Origin: a virus
Lineage: Duplodnaviria; Caudoviricetes
Direction: 5' to 3' (one strand)
DNA length: 64,000 nt
Virus record (IMG/VR): IMGVR_UViG_3300030708_002798
Of this stretch, positions 21,801 through 31,379 are shown piece by piece. Position numbers and translations under genes: made by a program. The first letter of the stretch is position 1; the number at the start of each line of letters is the position of its first letter. The notes beneath the pieces were generated by a model that saw only the letters and a program-made list of their open reading frames with translations, ran no database searches and was not told the origin of the DNA.

Positions 21801-24403
21801 GTTGCCTGTTCAGAAACACTATCCCAATCAGCATTAGCAATAAACTTAAAGTTTCTAAATTCAGAAGAATTAGAAAGGCTTTCACTATCAAAACTTAAGA
21901 ATCTGCTAACTTCTTCATTAGAAGCACCATCGACATTATTAGATTCTTGTAGAACGAATCCATCAACTGGAGGTCTACCTAGAGTTGGAGAGTCTTTAGG
22001 AAGTACATATCTTAGTTTATAGAGACTTGCTTCAACATTTCTATCAGTTGGTTTCCTGAGAACAAATGTTCTTGGAGTTGTTTCACCAAGTTCTGCAACA
22101 CCTCTCATCCATAATTGCTTATAGATGCTTAGTTCTTCACCATCGGAGTGAGTTGAAACATTGATATACCACTGAGATTTTGTTTCATCCCATTGAACTG
22201 GATGTCCTAAATCACCAGCAGACTTATCAGATACTCTACTAACAACATTTAAAATTCCACCAGTATTGTTGAGAGTAATTGGTACGTCATTATTTGCATC
22301 ATTAAGAGTTGCAGCAAGTTTTAACTGCTTTGCAGTTAGTGCTGGATTTGGTGCAATTGCTGTGGTAATCGCATAATATACTTGCTCTTCAGTAATACCA
22401 TCAGGTAGACCACCATTTTCACTAATAATTCTAACAGTCTCACCGTTTAGGAAAGTATGATTCTCTTCTAAGTTGATAGTATTAGAAGCAATATTATTAA
22501 CGTTGCTGATCTGCTGAACTTTATGAACTTTCTCTGAGATCTTTTCATCTGTAGTGCCCTCAGTATTGGGCATAATCACCTTAGAGTGATATGTTTCAAT
22601 CTCGTTACCAGAAGCAAGAAGAACCTTCAGTGCTTCGTTCTTGGCAGAACCAATTCTGTATCCGTCAATAACAGTTGCAGGTGGAATATCGAAGTTATCT
22701 TCACCATATAGGAAGAGTTTACTGGTTGTTGCAATACCAACAGAAGTAGTAACACCTACATCAATACCTAAGAATTCAACACCAGCACTTTCAGATTCAA
22801 TTTCTTTTGGTGTTACGACATGAGTAACATAACCAATATCATCTCTTGGGAATGCATCAGGTCTGAAACCTCTTGATACTAGAGCTTTAGCACCGAAGTT
22901 GGAGTTAGAGTTGGTGATAGATGCGTCACCACCAGTTTCTAGTAAGAAGTGATTGTTGAAACCAATTGCGAAGACCGAAACGATCTGTAGTAGTGCATTG
23001 TTGCTACACTTAATATGATGGTTCTCATATTCTGGTTTGAATCTTGCACGGGAATCTGTATGGATGTTCTCGTTTCCTGCAGCAAGAGTGCCTTCATATA
23101 GACCAGTTGTGCTATTATACTTTACAAAAGCATTGTCGTCCTTCTGAAGACCGATACCAGTATACTGTGCAAGCACCATGGACTTGAATCCAGTTGCCTT
23201 ACTGCCATCAGCATGGAGACCACACATACCAAAAACAGATCTCAGAGAGATGTTAAAGATATATGGTGATGCGGATGTAACAGTATCAACAGAAATGTTT
23301 AGTGTTGCACCAGAAGTAGTTGCTGGTAGTGGTTGAACTGGTGGTGTAGAAACCTGATATTTAATCTCAGTATCAGATAGAACTTCAAATACTGCAAACT
23401 GACCATCATAACCTGCGTCAGCAATACCTTCAATACGAATAGGTGTATTTACATCTAGACCATCTACTTTATTTTCTAGTGTAACTGTAATTTCTGTCGA
23501 AGAAATATTACCATCACCTGCTTTAATGCTAGTAATTCCTACTTCAACACCAGTAGAACCAACAATACGATATTCATCAACCTTTGGTTCAATGTCTAGG
23601 GTATCGGTAGGATAGTCTGGGGAAATGTCTCTACCAGAAGGTGTACCATATGCGAAACCAACCTTTTGATAGTACATCTCAAGGTCAGTATTTGTATCAC
23701 TATAAGTTAGGAATTCATCATCAATATTGACTGCATTAACACCATCAGCATATTCAAATACTGTTAGTTTATGGTGGGAGAAGTTAGGAACAAATGAATT
23801 TGTTGTGTAGTCTTTATATACAGTACCAGTTTGATCACCATCAAAAATGGAGAACTGCCACATGTAACAGGCACCTGTTAGACGGAAGATGGCAGATCTT
23901 TCAATATTATCATTTTCTGGATTAGGAACATACTTAGGAATAATCTTAGTCTTTCTAAGGTCAAGACCTACAAGAGATGTACCTCTAGGAATAATAACAC
24001 CACCGTAAATACTGTTAAGTTTGTAGAGTGCGTTATTGGGGCTATCTAAGTCAAAGTTACTATTAACGTCTAGTGGTGGGAAATCGTCCGAGGTAGTACC
24101 ACTTCTAAGACGATAAGTATTTTCTACCTGATCGTGAATTGGTATCCATCCTGGTCTATTATCTACGACGTGCTCACCAGGATAGAGTAGAATGGTAGTT
24201 TTACCAAATCTATCGTTGTTTTCTCCTGCTTGGTAGGAGAATCGGGCTGCTTCTAGCAGTGCCCTTTGAATGGTTTTAAACGGTCTTGCTAAAGAGTTAC
24301 CTTTATTCTCGATACTGTCTGTAGAATCCAGACTTGAAGGATCTACATAAAGAATCTCACCTTTGGTGCTCTTTAGAAAATTATCCAGACGACTAAGACC
24401 CAT
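18833..24403 (-). CDS. large cyanophage structural (baseplate/fibre-associated) protein
   Basis: 1856 aa; LYVDP..GNSLARPFKTIQRA N-terminus and IRASGHTFEYLGYGPGNYS, recalled from cyanomyovirus structural proteins. Confidence 0.7.
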   Translation of the reverse strand: MGLSRLDNFLKSTKGEILYVDPSSLDSTDSIENKGNSLARPFKTIQRALLEAARFSYQAGENNDRFGKTTILLYPGEHVVDNRPGWIPIHDQVENTYRLRSGTTSDDFPPLDVNSNFDLDSPNNALYKLNSIYGGVIIPRGTSLVGLDLRKTKIIPKYVPNPENDNIERSAIFRLTGACYMWQFSIFDGDQTGTVYKDYTTNSFVPNFSHHKLTVFEYADGVNAVNIDDEFLTYSDTNTDLEMYYQKVGFAYGTPSGRDISPDYPTDTLDIEPKVDEYRIVGSTGVEVGITSIKAGDGNISSTEITVTLENKVDGLDVNTPIRIEGIADAGYDGQFAVFEVLSDTEIKYQVSTPPVQPLPATTSGATLNISVDTVTSASPYIFNISLRSVFGMCGLHADGSKATGFKSMVLAQYTGIGLQKDDNAFVKYNSTTGLYEGTLAAGNENIHTDSRARFKPEYENHHIKCSNNALLQIVSVFAIGFNNHFLLETGGDASITNSNSNFGAKALVSRGFRPDAFPRDDIGYVTHVVTPKEIESESAGVEFLGIDVGVTTSVGIATTSKLFLYGEDNFDIPPATVIDGYRIGSAKNEALKVLLASGNEIETYHSKVIMPNTEGTTDEKISEKVHKVQQISNVNNIASNTINLEENHTFLNGETVRIISENGGLPDGITEEQVYYAITTAIAPNPALTAKQLKLAATLNDANNDVPITLNNTGGILNVVSRVSDKSAGDLGHPVQWDETKSQWYINVSTHSDGEELSIYKQLWMRGVAELGETTPRTFVLRKPTDRNVEASLYKLRYVLPKDSPTLGRPPVDGFVLQESNNVDGASNEEVSRFLSFDSESLSNSSEFRNFKFIANADWDSVSEQATFRTELPHSLTVGSQVEITDVYSGLNTTGTANRGFNGTFTVDSIVSRKEFKVDIKSNPGDFTSDTDTRNQDLPKLKKKKHGGTFVVYKSDEIQPYVQNEQDGVYHVTVINSSNKPSVSPFTNVKLLQPLDNLYPEYDRDNPNSDPDAARSYAVADPIGKVVINDPEKSLTKETIIANQIDHGVGFGVTDILTDDVNNERHTIFTDEDHGLNRIVEVEITDPGVNYGSGIGVTENLYNAELVGYANSTTGDHATARVQVSSAGTMVSVEIIDGGSAYGVGNTLSVVGIATSSSGHVAGTVRVTKVYSNLGDAVSIDRVSDLYKEYNQTYRITDINVGQTKQFDVVSSAPVGLGSTEIGIGIRNADLAHATVDGQTWLINATNFTPATGISTLTLSSRHGLQVNEKVFIGGYTGVSSVFNGGYLVTKVDANNLDQLTVNVGVATEDILAGGSPYVYQSGLSAKGGDITTGDESFSSRISYQYGNLQGELASAVTKTDDQINITDLDDLDLTIGDYIVVDDEIMRVKQTVTGNPVIVYRGLLGTEASSHLINTVFRRIIAKPIEFRRHSIIRASGHTFEYLGYGPGNYSSAFPDRQDRQISAAEEVLSQSFQEEGGFVVYTGMNSDGDFYISNKRVITTAGEEEVFSTPRPRYRGESKSVPNTKLGFNVVKASEINLSDAIRVDGGEDKTTISQFDGPVILNNKLTVTSNKGVETPDLFLQGEETVSRKYTVGVTQPTSAIELTGVGAGNPGDIIFNGNPFKGQNAGWCYTTDNDWYPWGAISNKKDVFEINGYFIGTFTGDGSGLTDVSDIWAIDATGIHTSRNVGFGTTNSSKPDVAMYVQGNAEIMGTMKVFEIIENTTLNSTINLGGVGATMANLDLDASSIYYYTQDASANWAVNMRANVGTALTDFLTLAESITVAITTKQGPTAYYNNEVYIDDVRVSPRYYGSLTINKGNPNSLDLYTYVIVRKNDTGNPIDDFDVLYSQSQYQ

Positions 24404-24450
24404 CTTATTAAGCGTTAAATTCCTATAGGTCTATTTAGTCATCTATTTCA

Positions 24451-24535
24451 TAGGAGTAGAGAGACTTGAACTCTCACGGGCATAATGCCCAACAGATTTT
24501 AAGTCTGGTGCGTCTACCGATTCCGCCATACTCCC
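24451..24535 (-). tRNA. trnL: tRNA-Leu (anticodon UAA), long variable arm, CCA not encoded
   Basis: GGGAGTA/TACTCCT acceptor stem, TGGCGGAATCGGTAGACGC D arm, CTTAAAA anticodon loop, GTTCAAGTC T loop. Confidence 0.95.
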
Positions 24536-24544
24536 AAGGGAGGA

Positions 24545-24703
24545 TTACTCCTCAGTTTTCCAAGTCGGTGGATGAAAAGCACAATACTCATTGAATGTGA
24601 TTTTCATCTCCTTGTTAGTAAGATTAGCATGTTTTGCTGCTTTAGGCAAGTTCCACTTAGCAGTGAACAGCATTTCCATTGATTTTCGTGTTTCAGGTCT
24701 CAT
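24545..24703 (-). CDS. small hypothetical protein (52 aa, MRPETRKSMEMLFTAKWNLPKAAK...)
   Basis: translated by hand; ATGA overlap with the cpcT stop. Confidence 0.75.
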   Translation of the reverse strand: MRPETRKSMEMLFTAKWNLPKAAKHANLTNKEMKITFNEYCAFHPPTWKTEE

Positions 24704-25146
24704 TCTTTTTCAAATTCATACATTGTTAGTGAACCCCATTCAAGATTGCCATCTTTCCAACCTTGATCCATACTCTTGTAAATTTGTCCATTAAACTCAA
24801 CAAAACTTTTAAGAGATGTACCTCGTATCATTGGATCTGCATACATTAGTCCACCTTTATAGAATCCATCAATAGGTGCGAATCCCATGTCAAATGCTGG
24901 ACTACGATTCCAATCATCTCCCCAGTTCTCTACGATGATAATGTCATCTTTCTCTACTATTTTATGATAACGAAAACGATATGGACTGCTTTGTCCTTCA
25001 TGATCATACCATTGACAGATGGACATTTTGTTGTTGCCAAGATTTTCCCAAACTACATGAACATAAGAGTGGTCTCTTGGACTAGATGCTGCTTGCTTCC
25101 AGTTGTTATATGTTCCCTGTAGTTTGGAAATAAACTCTTCAATCAT
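24700..25146 (-). CDS. cpcT: CpcT/CpeT-type phycobilin lyase
   Basis: GxYNNWKQA..P, PYR.R, S.DQGW..G...WG....YEF motifs. Confidence 0.8.
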   Translation of the reverse strand: MIEEFISKLQGTYNNWKQAASSPRDHSYVHVVWENLGNNKMSICQWYDHEGQSSPYRFRYHKIVEKDDIIIVENWGDDWNRSPAFDMGFAPIDGFYKGGLMYADPMIRGTSLKSFVEFNGQIYKSMDQGWKDGNLEWGSLTMYEFEKE

Positions 25147-25331
25147 GCTGCTACAAGTGGTTTGGTATAGAAAATTTGTTCTTCGTCGATACGATCAGTG
25201 ATGAGTTGATAGACTGCCATGAACTCATCATAGGTGTCGCAGTCAACAACTTTCTCATCACCCTCACTAGAGAACAGTTTGATCTCTCGTCGTGCTAGGT
25301 TGATCAGAACTGAATCGACGTACTCTTCCAT
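25143..25331 (-). CDS. hypothetical protein
   Basis: 62 aa, GAGG RBS, first gene after the sigma70 promoter. Confidence 0.75.
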   Translation of the reverse strand: MEEYVDSVLINLARREIKLFSSEGDEKVVDCDTYDEFMAVYQLITDRIDEEQIFYTKPLVAA

Positions 25332-25354
25332 GGTCCTCTGTGCTTGACTTGCTT

Positions 25355-25383
25355 AGTATAGCAGGGCACAGGGTCTGCGTCAA
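25355..25383 (-). promoter_or_regulatory. sigma70-type promoter
   Basis: TTGACG-17 bp-TATACT. Confidence 0.75.
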
Positions 25384-26009
25384 TAGTCGAAACCTGAAAT
25401 CGAGAACTGATCCTTGCTGCCTGGGTACTCTGCTGGTGTCTCACCCTCATACTCAACGATCAACTCCTCACCGTCGATGCGAGAACCTTGAATCGTGTAA
25501 AAACAATCAATCTTTGCTGCATTACCAGACTTGACTTTGACTTGAGATCCCCATTGAACTGCTTCCACCATGAGATCTTGAGAGTATCCAATTTGAGTCA
25601 ATGAAACAGTGATAGATTCTGGATCTACAAGTCCTTTCCAATACTCTGGAAGTGTAATGATATTATTATCGGTCAGTCTACCTCTAATATAAACACCTGC
25701 TTCTGGTCCTTCTAGGCAGATATGACGTAGACGATGCCCTTCTTTATTTGGGTGCTTAATATCAAAGCCTTTCCAAGATTGAACATTAATATTGCCTTGG
25801 AATGTTGATGCAGTTACTGTGTTAGTAACTTGAAGATCATCAAACTTACCTTTCACTTGTAGGTAAATGGGACATTGATTTTGATCTGCATATTCATCAC
25901 TATCTCCAGAAGTAGATCTCCGAAGATAATCAAAACTAGGATGCGGTGTTCCTGTTACTGGAGCATCACAATCTCTACTACTGTGACTACCTGGTACAAA
26001 TTCTGACAT
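25380..26009 (-). CDS. tail/baseplate-associated protein with FDIxHP..RLRHxCxExP domain
   Basis: 209 aa; C-terminal domain shared with the adjacent 258-aa gene. Confidence 0.7.
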   Translation of the reverse strand: MSEFVPGSHSSRDCDAPVTGTPHPSFDYLRRSTSGDSDEYADQNQCPIYLQVKGKFDDLQVTNTVTASTFQGNINVQSWKGFDIKHPNKEGHRLRHICLEGPEAGVYIRGRLTDNNIITLPEYWKGLVDPESITVSLTQIGYSQDLMVEAVQWGSQVKVKSGNAAKIDCFYTIQGSRIDGEELIVEYEGETPAEYPGSKDQFSISGFDY

Positions 26010-26020
26010 AATAAATCTCC

Positions 26021-26797
26021 TTATCGAACGTCGTAATTATATCCAGCAATAGAGTAACCACTATTATCACCTGGGTAATCTGCTGGGGATTGACCTTGGT
26101 ATTCCGCAATTAGACGTTCTCCGTCCTTACGTTCTGCATAAATGTGGTAAAAACAATCGATGGGCATTCCACCTTTTGCTTGTAAGTAAATCTTTTCTTC
26201 ATCAATTCGTTTAACAATAACATCTTGATGAGCACCAATAGGTGTAAGACTAACAGTGATTGATCTTACATCAACAAAGTCTTTCCAATAAGATGGAAGG
26301 ACAATTTCTTTCTTGTTTGTCACCCTACCTCTAACATAGACATCATTATATGGTGCTTCTGGACAAGTATGTCTCAGTCTCCAACCTTCTAATGATGGGT
26401 GAGGAATATCAAAGTTCTTCTTAATTTGTAGGAGGTGACCACCACAACTACCAAGAACCAAACCTTGAACCTTCAAGTTACCACCAACAGTAACATCACC
26501 AGCAGTTTCTAAGTTGCCTAGAACTGCATGAGAACCGATTACTGCTAGGGAGAATGGATTGCTAGGTGGTCCATAGCAGAAACCACCTGGAATGAATGGT
26601 GTAGGAGCATCTGGATTGAGTAGTGGACCAACATTCACTGCACCCATATTGATTGCAAAGGGTGTTCCTACGTTCAGTGGTCCTTCAATCCAAGCAGCAC
26701 CACGAACTCTGGCAGGACCCAAACCAAAGAATGGGACTACACCAGCACCAATATAAAGTTGATGTTGAATTGTTAGATCATCGAAAGATAATGACAT
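26021..26797 (-). CDS. tail/baseplate-associated protein; paralog of 25380..26009
   Basis: 258 aa; KNFDIPHP..WRLRHTCPEAP..LPSYWKDFVD..ITVSLTPIG. Confidence 0.7.
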   Translation of the reverse strand: MSLSFDDLTIQHQLYIGAGVVPFFGLGPARVRGAAWIEGPLNVGTPFAINMGAVNVGPLLNPDAPTPFIPGGFCYGPPSNPFSLAVIGSHAVLGNLETAGDVTVGGNLKVQGLVLGSCGGHLLQIKKNFDIPHPSLEGWRLRHTCPEAPYNDVYVRGRVTNKKEIVLPSYWKDFVDVRSITVSLTPIGAHQDVIVKRIDEEKIYLQAKGGMPIDCFYHIYAERKDGERLIAEYQGQSPADYPGDNSGYSIAGYNYDVR

Positions 26798-26800
26798 AAT

Positions 26801-27382
26801 TTATGCGTATTGGTTTAGAGCTAAAAATTCAGATATATTTGCTGGATCAGTTTTACCAGCAAGACTTGCAGATGCACAAGTCAATCCTTTAATAAAGTTT
26901 GAAGTTATAAACATTTCGGTATTACCGATCAACTTTGCTACACTAGGAGTATACAATCTATAACCAGTTTGTGCAATAAGATCGAACGCACCTTCTGCTT
27001 TTAATTTGATATCTTGGTTTGCTTCAATTTTAACATGACCTCGTTTATTATCGGGTCCATTTGCCATGATATCAATATCTAAAGCACTTAAGATAATTCT
27101 ACCATTAGTTGCTGTTAGATTAATGTTACCATTTAAACATTCAATGTCAATACCAGTATCTTCTGGATTTACAGTATCACCACATTTAATTTCAAATACA
27201 CCAGGATTCCTCATTAGAGTCCATCCTTCACGGTTTCCCGTTGCATCTAGATGAATATAGTGTAGTGAGTTTCTTCCCTGTAAACCAATACCAGTGATAA
27301 CTTTATCTAAACATTCGTTACCAATCTGAAGTTCACCAAACGGATGACTTCGTTTATATTGTACGTGTTCTAGTTCAGCCAT
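26801..27382 (-). CDS. probable beta-helix spike protein downstream of g5
   Basis: NINLTA/IDIMA/VKIEA/IKLKA short beta repeats; overlaps the g5 stop. Confidence 0.55.
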   Translation of the reverse strand: MAELEHVQYKRSHPFGELQIGNECLDKVITGIGLQGRNSLHYIHLDATGNREGWTLMRNPGVFEIKCGDTVNPEDTGIDIECLNGNINLTATNGRIILSALDIDIMANGPDNKRGHVKIEANQDIKLKAEGAFDLIAQTGYRLYTPSVAKLIGNTEMFITSNFIKGLTCASASLAGKTDPANISEFLALNQYA

Positions 27383-29840
27383 CGATCATTCCTAAACTTT
27401 CTTCTGGTGTATCATATATGTATTGACGTTTCGTAGTGGATCCTTTTTTACCTACGACCTTTCTACCCTGATACTTGTGATATTGACCATAGTATGGTTG
27501 ACCATTTACATATCCAATAACCAATCTACCAATACACTGATCAACAGAGATAATCTTGTCACCCTGTAGTTTCTTGGCATTCGCATCAGGATCTTCGTCA
27601 GTTCTGACTTTGAATATTGGTAGAATATCTGCATTAACACCAAAGTCAGATTTCAGTCTGATTCTTGGGAATCTATTAAATGTTTGACCAGGTTCTCTAA
27701 TGTTGACATCAATTAGGGTTCCAATTTCATTAAAGATTGGATCAATAATTGCACCACCATCATTAGGTTCAATTACAATCGTATCACCTTGCTGATAATT
27801 TGCACCTCCATCATTAATGATAACTCCATCCAGTATTATATCACGTTCTTCCCCATCTACGGTAGATCCACCACCATCAGTGCTCGTATCCGTACCATCA
27901 GTGCCTGTGTCTGAACCCTCAGGTGTAGTGAATGTAATATCTGTTGGGAATCTGATTGGAATACCTACTGTTAAACCTTCACCATTAATAACATCTATTT
28001 GATTACCATTAGGATCGAAAATTTGAACAGTGCTACCAGATGGTAAGAATGCTTGAGGATTACTCTCTTCGGTAATATTAGAAGGTAAAGTTACAGTTTC
28101 TCCTGGATCGTAAGTTGTAATATTTCCATCATTATCTCGTATAATAGTAATATTAGGATCTCCAGGTCTTAATGAAGTTGATCCATCAGGAGTCTGTAAA
28201 TATCCATTACCAGGATCCCTTATAACTGCTCCAGTAATTCTAATATCATCTCCTCTTTTTGGAGCAGTAGATGGTGTATCGTTTGGATCACTAGCATCAA
28301 AACTCAATAGTTGAATACTAGCACCACCACCCATACTAGGTCCACCGCAAGCATTACTAATGGAAAGTAGTGGTGTTGATGTATATCCTCCACCAAAACT
28401 ACTAAAGTCTACACCCATGATTTGTCCAGCAGCACCGATGATAGCAGATCCTGATAGACCAGATCCACCTCCACCACTGAAGTTAAGTTGTGGTGGACCA
28501 CATGGTAGTTGATCAGTATTACATGGCGCATATGGTGCTGCATCTCCTCCAATACCAGCAGCATCTGCAAGCATTGATCCAATACCCGAACTAACTTGCT
28601 GAGCAAGACTGCTACCATCCCAGAAACTCCATCTATCTGGATAGTTGCAGTTTGGTGTCTCATCACATTTGAGGAAATTTAGAAGACCAGCAATGGTGTC
28701 AAGAACACTGAATGCTTGACCCATAATACTGCCAGCAGCACCAACGATTCCACTTATTGCACCTAATACTCCATTAATTGCACCAGTAATTTCCCCAAGA
28801 ATGTTTCCGATCATATCACCGATCATTCTCTCAGCAGCACACAATGGAGCACTGATATATTGATCAACGATCTGCTCGAACAGACCTTTTGCCATATTAA
28901 AAAGACCACCCATGATCTTTTGGAATACGCAACTCATAGTATCAAGACCTTGAGTTGACCCTGTGGCAAATACCTGTCTTAATGTTGGTGGTAATAATTG
29001 AGCAGCATCTTTTATTGCTAGATTGAGTTTGTTAAGAACAAATCCTCTCATCTTGCCGACGATGAGTTTGAATAAAGAGGCAACTCCAGATGAAACACTT
29101 TGAACAATACTTTGAATATTTCCTACGGCATCTGATACTGCACCATAGAAACTATTACCAGCATCTTTAATACGTTGAATAATTGCTAATGCTTTTTGGA
29201 TGAATCCTTGGACACCCGTCATGGGTCCACCACCACCCTCACATTCAATATTTTTCTTTCTTACACCTACTTCTTGACCATCTTTTATTTGGTCAGTATT
29301 TCTTACATCATTGACTGAACCATCAGAAGTTGTAGATTCTTTCTCTGCGATAGAACCTGGTTGCATGTGCAAATCTTTTGTTGCAACCTGCTTATTGCCA
29401 GTCAGTCCTCTAAATCCACTTCTAGGAATAAATCCTTCTTCAGGATCACTTCCAAGTAATCTCGTTTGTGCATTATTTGGTAAAGTACCAAAAATAATCG
29501 GTTGTCTTCCCTCTTCCCCATCAAGATAGAATCCTACAACATAGGATCCTTGTGCTAAGACAACCGTTTCACCATACCCACCATGACCAGAACCAGAAGT
29601 GACAGGAGCGATAACTTCTGCCATATCCAGCATTTGATCTGGGATTACTTTAACCTCAGAATCTCTGCTGAATATTCTAACACGATAACGTTTTCCCCAA
29701 CCACTACTATCATCCCTTTCATGATTGGGACGAACTTCATTACCAATCCAAGCAGACTCGTCAACAACTTGACCAAGCCACCAGTACATAATGTTTTTTG
29801 TTACCGCACCTCTGTTGTATGCTGGTCCTAGATTTTGCAT
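27375..29840 (-). CDS. g5: baseplate hub gp5-like protein (N-terminal OB fold)
   Basis: WWLGQV, RYRVRI and VVGFYLDG..QPIIFG motifs; baseplate context. Confidence 0.75.
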   Translation of the reverse strand: MQNLGPAYNRGAVTKNIMYWWLGQVVDESAWIGNEVRPNHERDDSSGWGKRYRVRIFSRDSEVKVIPDQMLDMAEVIAPVTSGSGHGGYGETVVLAQGSYVVGFYLDGEEGRQPIIFGTLPNNAQTRLLGSDPEEGFIPRSGFRGLTGNKQVATKDLHMQPGSIAEKESTTSDGSVNDVRNTDQIKDGQEVGVRKKNIECEGGGGPMTGVQGFIQKALAIIQRIKDAGNSFYGAVSDAVGNIQSIVQSVSSGVASLFKLIVGKMRGFVLNKLNLAIKDAAQLLPPTLRQVFATGSTQGLDTMSCVFQKIMGGLFNMAKGLFEQIVDQYISAPLCAAERMIGDMIGNILGEITGAINGVLGAISGIVGAAGSIMGQAFSVLDTIAGLLNFLKCDETPNCNYPDRWSFWDGSSLAQQVSSGIGSMLADAAGIGGDAAPYAPCNTDQLPCGPPQLNFSGGGGSGLSGSAIIGAAGQIMGVDFSSFGGGYTSTPLLSISNACGGPSMGGGASIQLLSFDASDPNDTPSTAPKRGDDIRITGAVIRDPGNGYLQTPDGSTSLRPGDPNITIIRDNDGNITTYDPGETVTLPSNITEESNPQAFLPSGSTVQIFDPNGNQIDVINGEGLTVGIPIRFPTDITFTTPEGSDTGTDGTDTSTDGGGSTVDGEERDIILDGVIINDGGANYQQGDTIVIEPNDGGAIIDPIFNEIGTLIDVNIREPGQTFNRFPRIRLKSDFGVNADILPIFKVRTDEDPDANAKKLQGDKIISVDQCIGRLVIGYVNGQPYYGQYHKYQGRKVVGKKGSTTKRQYIYDTPEESLGMIDG

Positions 29841-29848
29841 ATGTATTA

Positions 29849-30091
29849 TCAGTTATCGTGAGTTTTGCACTCAGGTGCTCCTGGTTCCATTTCGCAGTAA
29901 AGTTCGAGTGCAGTAGGATCGTGGTGATCACCAGCAGCAATCTCTTCCTTGTGGTTTTCTGCGTAAACTTCTAATTCGTGCAACTCTTCTTCGATATGAC
30001 GACGTTGTTGCGGAGAGGTCATTGGATTCTGAAGAATCTCTTTGTCCTTCGCAATATGGGTTTCGATGTTTTCCATTTTGCTATTCTGCAA
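29849..30091 (-). CDS. cp12: CP12 Calvin-cycle inhibitor (probable start at 30076)
   Basis: C-terminal LELYCEMEPGAPECKTHD. Confidence 0.9.
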   Translation of the reverse strand: MQNSKMENIETHIAKDKEILQNPMTSPQQRRHIEEELHELEVYAENHKEEIAAGDHHDPTALELYCEMEPGAPECKTHDN

Positions 30092-31379
30092 TAGAATCTC
30101 TAACGATATTTAGCTTAGTAAAACAGTGTTCTGCATTTATAAGGTGTGCAACGTCTGTAACTAAGTATTTTCCTGACTTTTTCTTAGATGGAGCAAGTCT
30201 CAAATCCTTTGAAGAAACCTCTGGAAAAACGCACTCAATAGTATCACCTGGGAAGATAGTAAAGTCACCATAAATCTTGATAGTTGCTTTAAATAATACT
30301 GATTGACGGAATCTAGACATAGATTTCCTTACAATTTCATCAATATTGAAGGTTGTTTCCTTTGCAGTTTCGAGTTGTGTATCTAATGTAGACCCTGGTG
30401 GTCTAATTCCAGTATTGTAAATTTGATTTATAATCCTAGAGGAATTCTCTGATAATCCCATAAATGTACCAAACTTTGGAGGTACACTCATTGCATTATT
30501 AGACTCATTATATGTATCTTCACCACTGTAAACATTAGTAACGTATTGGTTTGTGTATGGGTCAAATGTTCTTATTTTTGTCTGAGATAATGATCCCATT
30601 CTCAAATTCTCAATAAGACTTAAATTATTTGAAAATGCAGCATCTAAAATCTTATTTGTATATGATGGAGGAAGATATTGAGATTGATTATAAATCATTT
30701 TTCTTTTCGGATTTTGTGCGAAAAGAGTGTCAATAGATTTGAATTTATAACCTTGATAATCTTGCCAGAAAAAATATCCTGCTAATTGATCTGATGATTC
30801 AGGAACTGCTTTAGTTGCAAGTAGAGTGCAAATGTCTAAAGGTTTTTCATTCTTTCCACTAATTGGCAAAGTATTTAATGTGGGATCAGCATAACATTCT
30901 TTTTCGGTCCCTAAATTTTCCTTTAGAAGTTTACTAACAATATCACTTATCTTTCCTTCGTAGCATTGAACTACGTAACTTGACTCTAATTCATTTTTAA
31001 TTACATCTGGATGACACAGATGTAAGTTTTCCAACTCCACCATTGTGGTTGATGAATTAGAAGAAGCATACTCTAGACATAATTCATTTGCACCTTCAAA
31101 TGCCAATTCTTGTTTGTTTGGAGTATTATCGTTTACTACTAATTCTACCTTTTCGCCAGTTGTTAAGTTAAGGTCATCTTGTTCTTCTAAACTAGCACCT
31201 CGACTTCCAGTATCTGCTACCTGTGCAGATACTCTTATACTATCATCAAATATACTTTGATAAATTATAACCTGATTAAATGCTCTGTTACCAGTAAAAC
31301 TTAAAGTACTACCTTCGTTTGAGTGAATGGTAAACTTTTTAATGTTATGTGGTTGTAATTCCTGCTTATTATATGGCAT
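30081..31379 (-). CDS. baseplate hub-like protein
   Basis: 432 aa; YFFWQ..GYKFKSIDTL and SGKYLVTDVAH motifs. Confidence 0.55.
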   Translation of the reverse strand: MPYNKQELQPHNIKKFTIHSNEGSTLSFTGNRAFNQVIIYQSIFDDSIRVSAQVADTGSRGASLEEQDDLNLTTGEKVELVVNDNTPNKQELAFEGANELCLEYASSNSSTTMVELENLHLCHPDVIKNELESSYVVQCYEGKISDIVSKLLKENLGTEKECYADPTLNTLPISGKNEKPLDICTLLATKAVPESSDQLAGYFFWQDYQGYKFKSIDTLFAQNPKRKMIYNQSQYLPPSYTNKILDAAFSNNLSLIENLRMGSLSQTKIRTFDPYTNQYVTNVYSGEDTYNESNNAMSVPPKFGTFMGLSENSSRIINQIYNTGIRPPGSTLDTQLETAKETTFNIDEIVRKSMSRFRQSVLFKATIKIYGDFTIFPGDTIECVFPEVSSKDLRLAPSKKKSGKYLVTDVAHLINAEHCFTKLNIVRDSIAE

